A stretch of 64,000 bases of DNA from Octopus bimaculoides (Eukaryota): contig NC_068985.1 in assembly GCF_001194135.2 (NCBI RefSeq), positions 56,228,933 to 56,292,932 of the forward strand. The letters are read 5' to 3'. Below are positions 63,401 through 64,000 of this stretch, one piece after another. A program made the position numbers and the translations under genes. How positions within the stretch are numbered: position 1 is the stretch's first letter; every line of letters begins with the position of its first letter. The notes under the pieces are model-generated. The model searched no databases, was not told where the DNA came from, and saw only the letters and a program-made list of their open reading frames with translations.

Positions 63401-64000
63401 TCTGGAAGAAAGTTTATCCAGGCGGTTAAACTAAAGGTACATCAGAACCAGAATGTATCCATATATTTTAAAAATAAAAAATACTGGCGGATAATTAAAA
63501 TAAAACAGCAATCCGTGCAAATACAATAGGTTAAATATTCTTCTTCAAAATAGGGGTACTGTCGTAAATGTCAGCTACCTGACGATGTGAATATTTACTC
63601 GAAATTTGTGAGAAGCAAAAAACATTTATGGTAACCTTATGTAGAACTTACATCTCTTATATCCTGGTTATAGACTTTCATTTGTATCTTTTATCATAGC
63701 TATACCGGGCTGTGTAGCAACATATTTACACAAAGGCCTCCAAATACTGGATTTTTCCAAGAAAACATAAACCAGCACGACTCGAATCTTCCAAATATAA
63801 TGATTTAGTGGTAGAGCTGTGATTTCTAGAACGTCCCAAACATATTCAATAAAAAAACATATACACAGACGCACATACACATCCCGTACACATACATATG
63901 TGAAAAATAATCACCCACTGTCATATTAAAGAGAGATACGCGTCCATTACATAGGTGTGTTGCAAGTATGTCTACACATAAACTATATATATACATATAC

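Noticed and set aside
63554-63630. Possible 77-nt exon (AG...GT; GYCRKCQLPDDVNIYSKFVRSKKHLW)
   Set aside because: Weak polypyrimidine tract, no recognisable protein and no partner exons; chance-level.

Overview
AT-rich animal genomic DNA. It is very likely octopus; this is inferred from the SINE families, the extreme microsatellite density and the N-gaps that fall on microsatellites. I found no supportable host protein-coding gene, rRNA, functional tRNA or CRISPR array, so the window looks intergenic or deep intronic. Nearly all long ORFs in the supplied track are artefacts of microsatellites or N-runs. The window is mostly mobile elements: (i) three main tRNA-derived SINE families (my labels A, B, C; more than 20 copies); (ii) four IS630-Tc1-mariner elements (two DD37D/maT, two mariner-type), one with a nearly intact open transposase frame at 37596-38573; (iii) non-LTR retrotransposon fragments: two RTE, one Penelope-like element (PLE) with a GIY-YIG endonuclease, and at least eight R4/Dong-like pieces (RT and/or restriction-like endonuclease regions); (iv) several MITEs (Kolobok-like, hAT-like, pogo/Tc1-like, long-TIR). 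Most notable observations: a PLE 3' end carrying a tRNA-like Pol III cassette directly upstream of an intact minimal hammerhead ribozyme; three more hammerhead-like cores in small elements that end in (TA)n; a 4.4-kb stack of R4/Dong elements separated by (TAA)n tracts; and a separate Dong family flanked by (CATA)n. All calls come from reading and hand-translating the sequence; no database search was run, and boundaries of degenerate elements are approximate.
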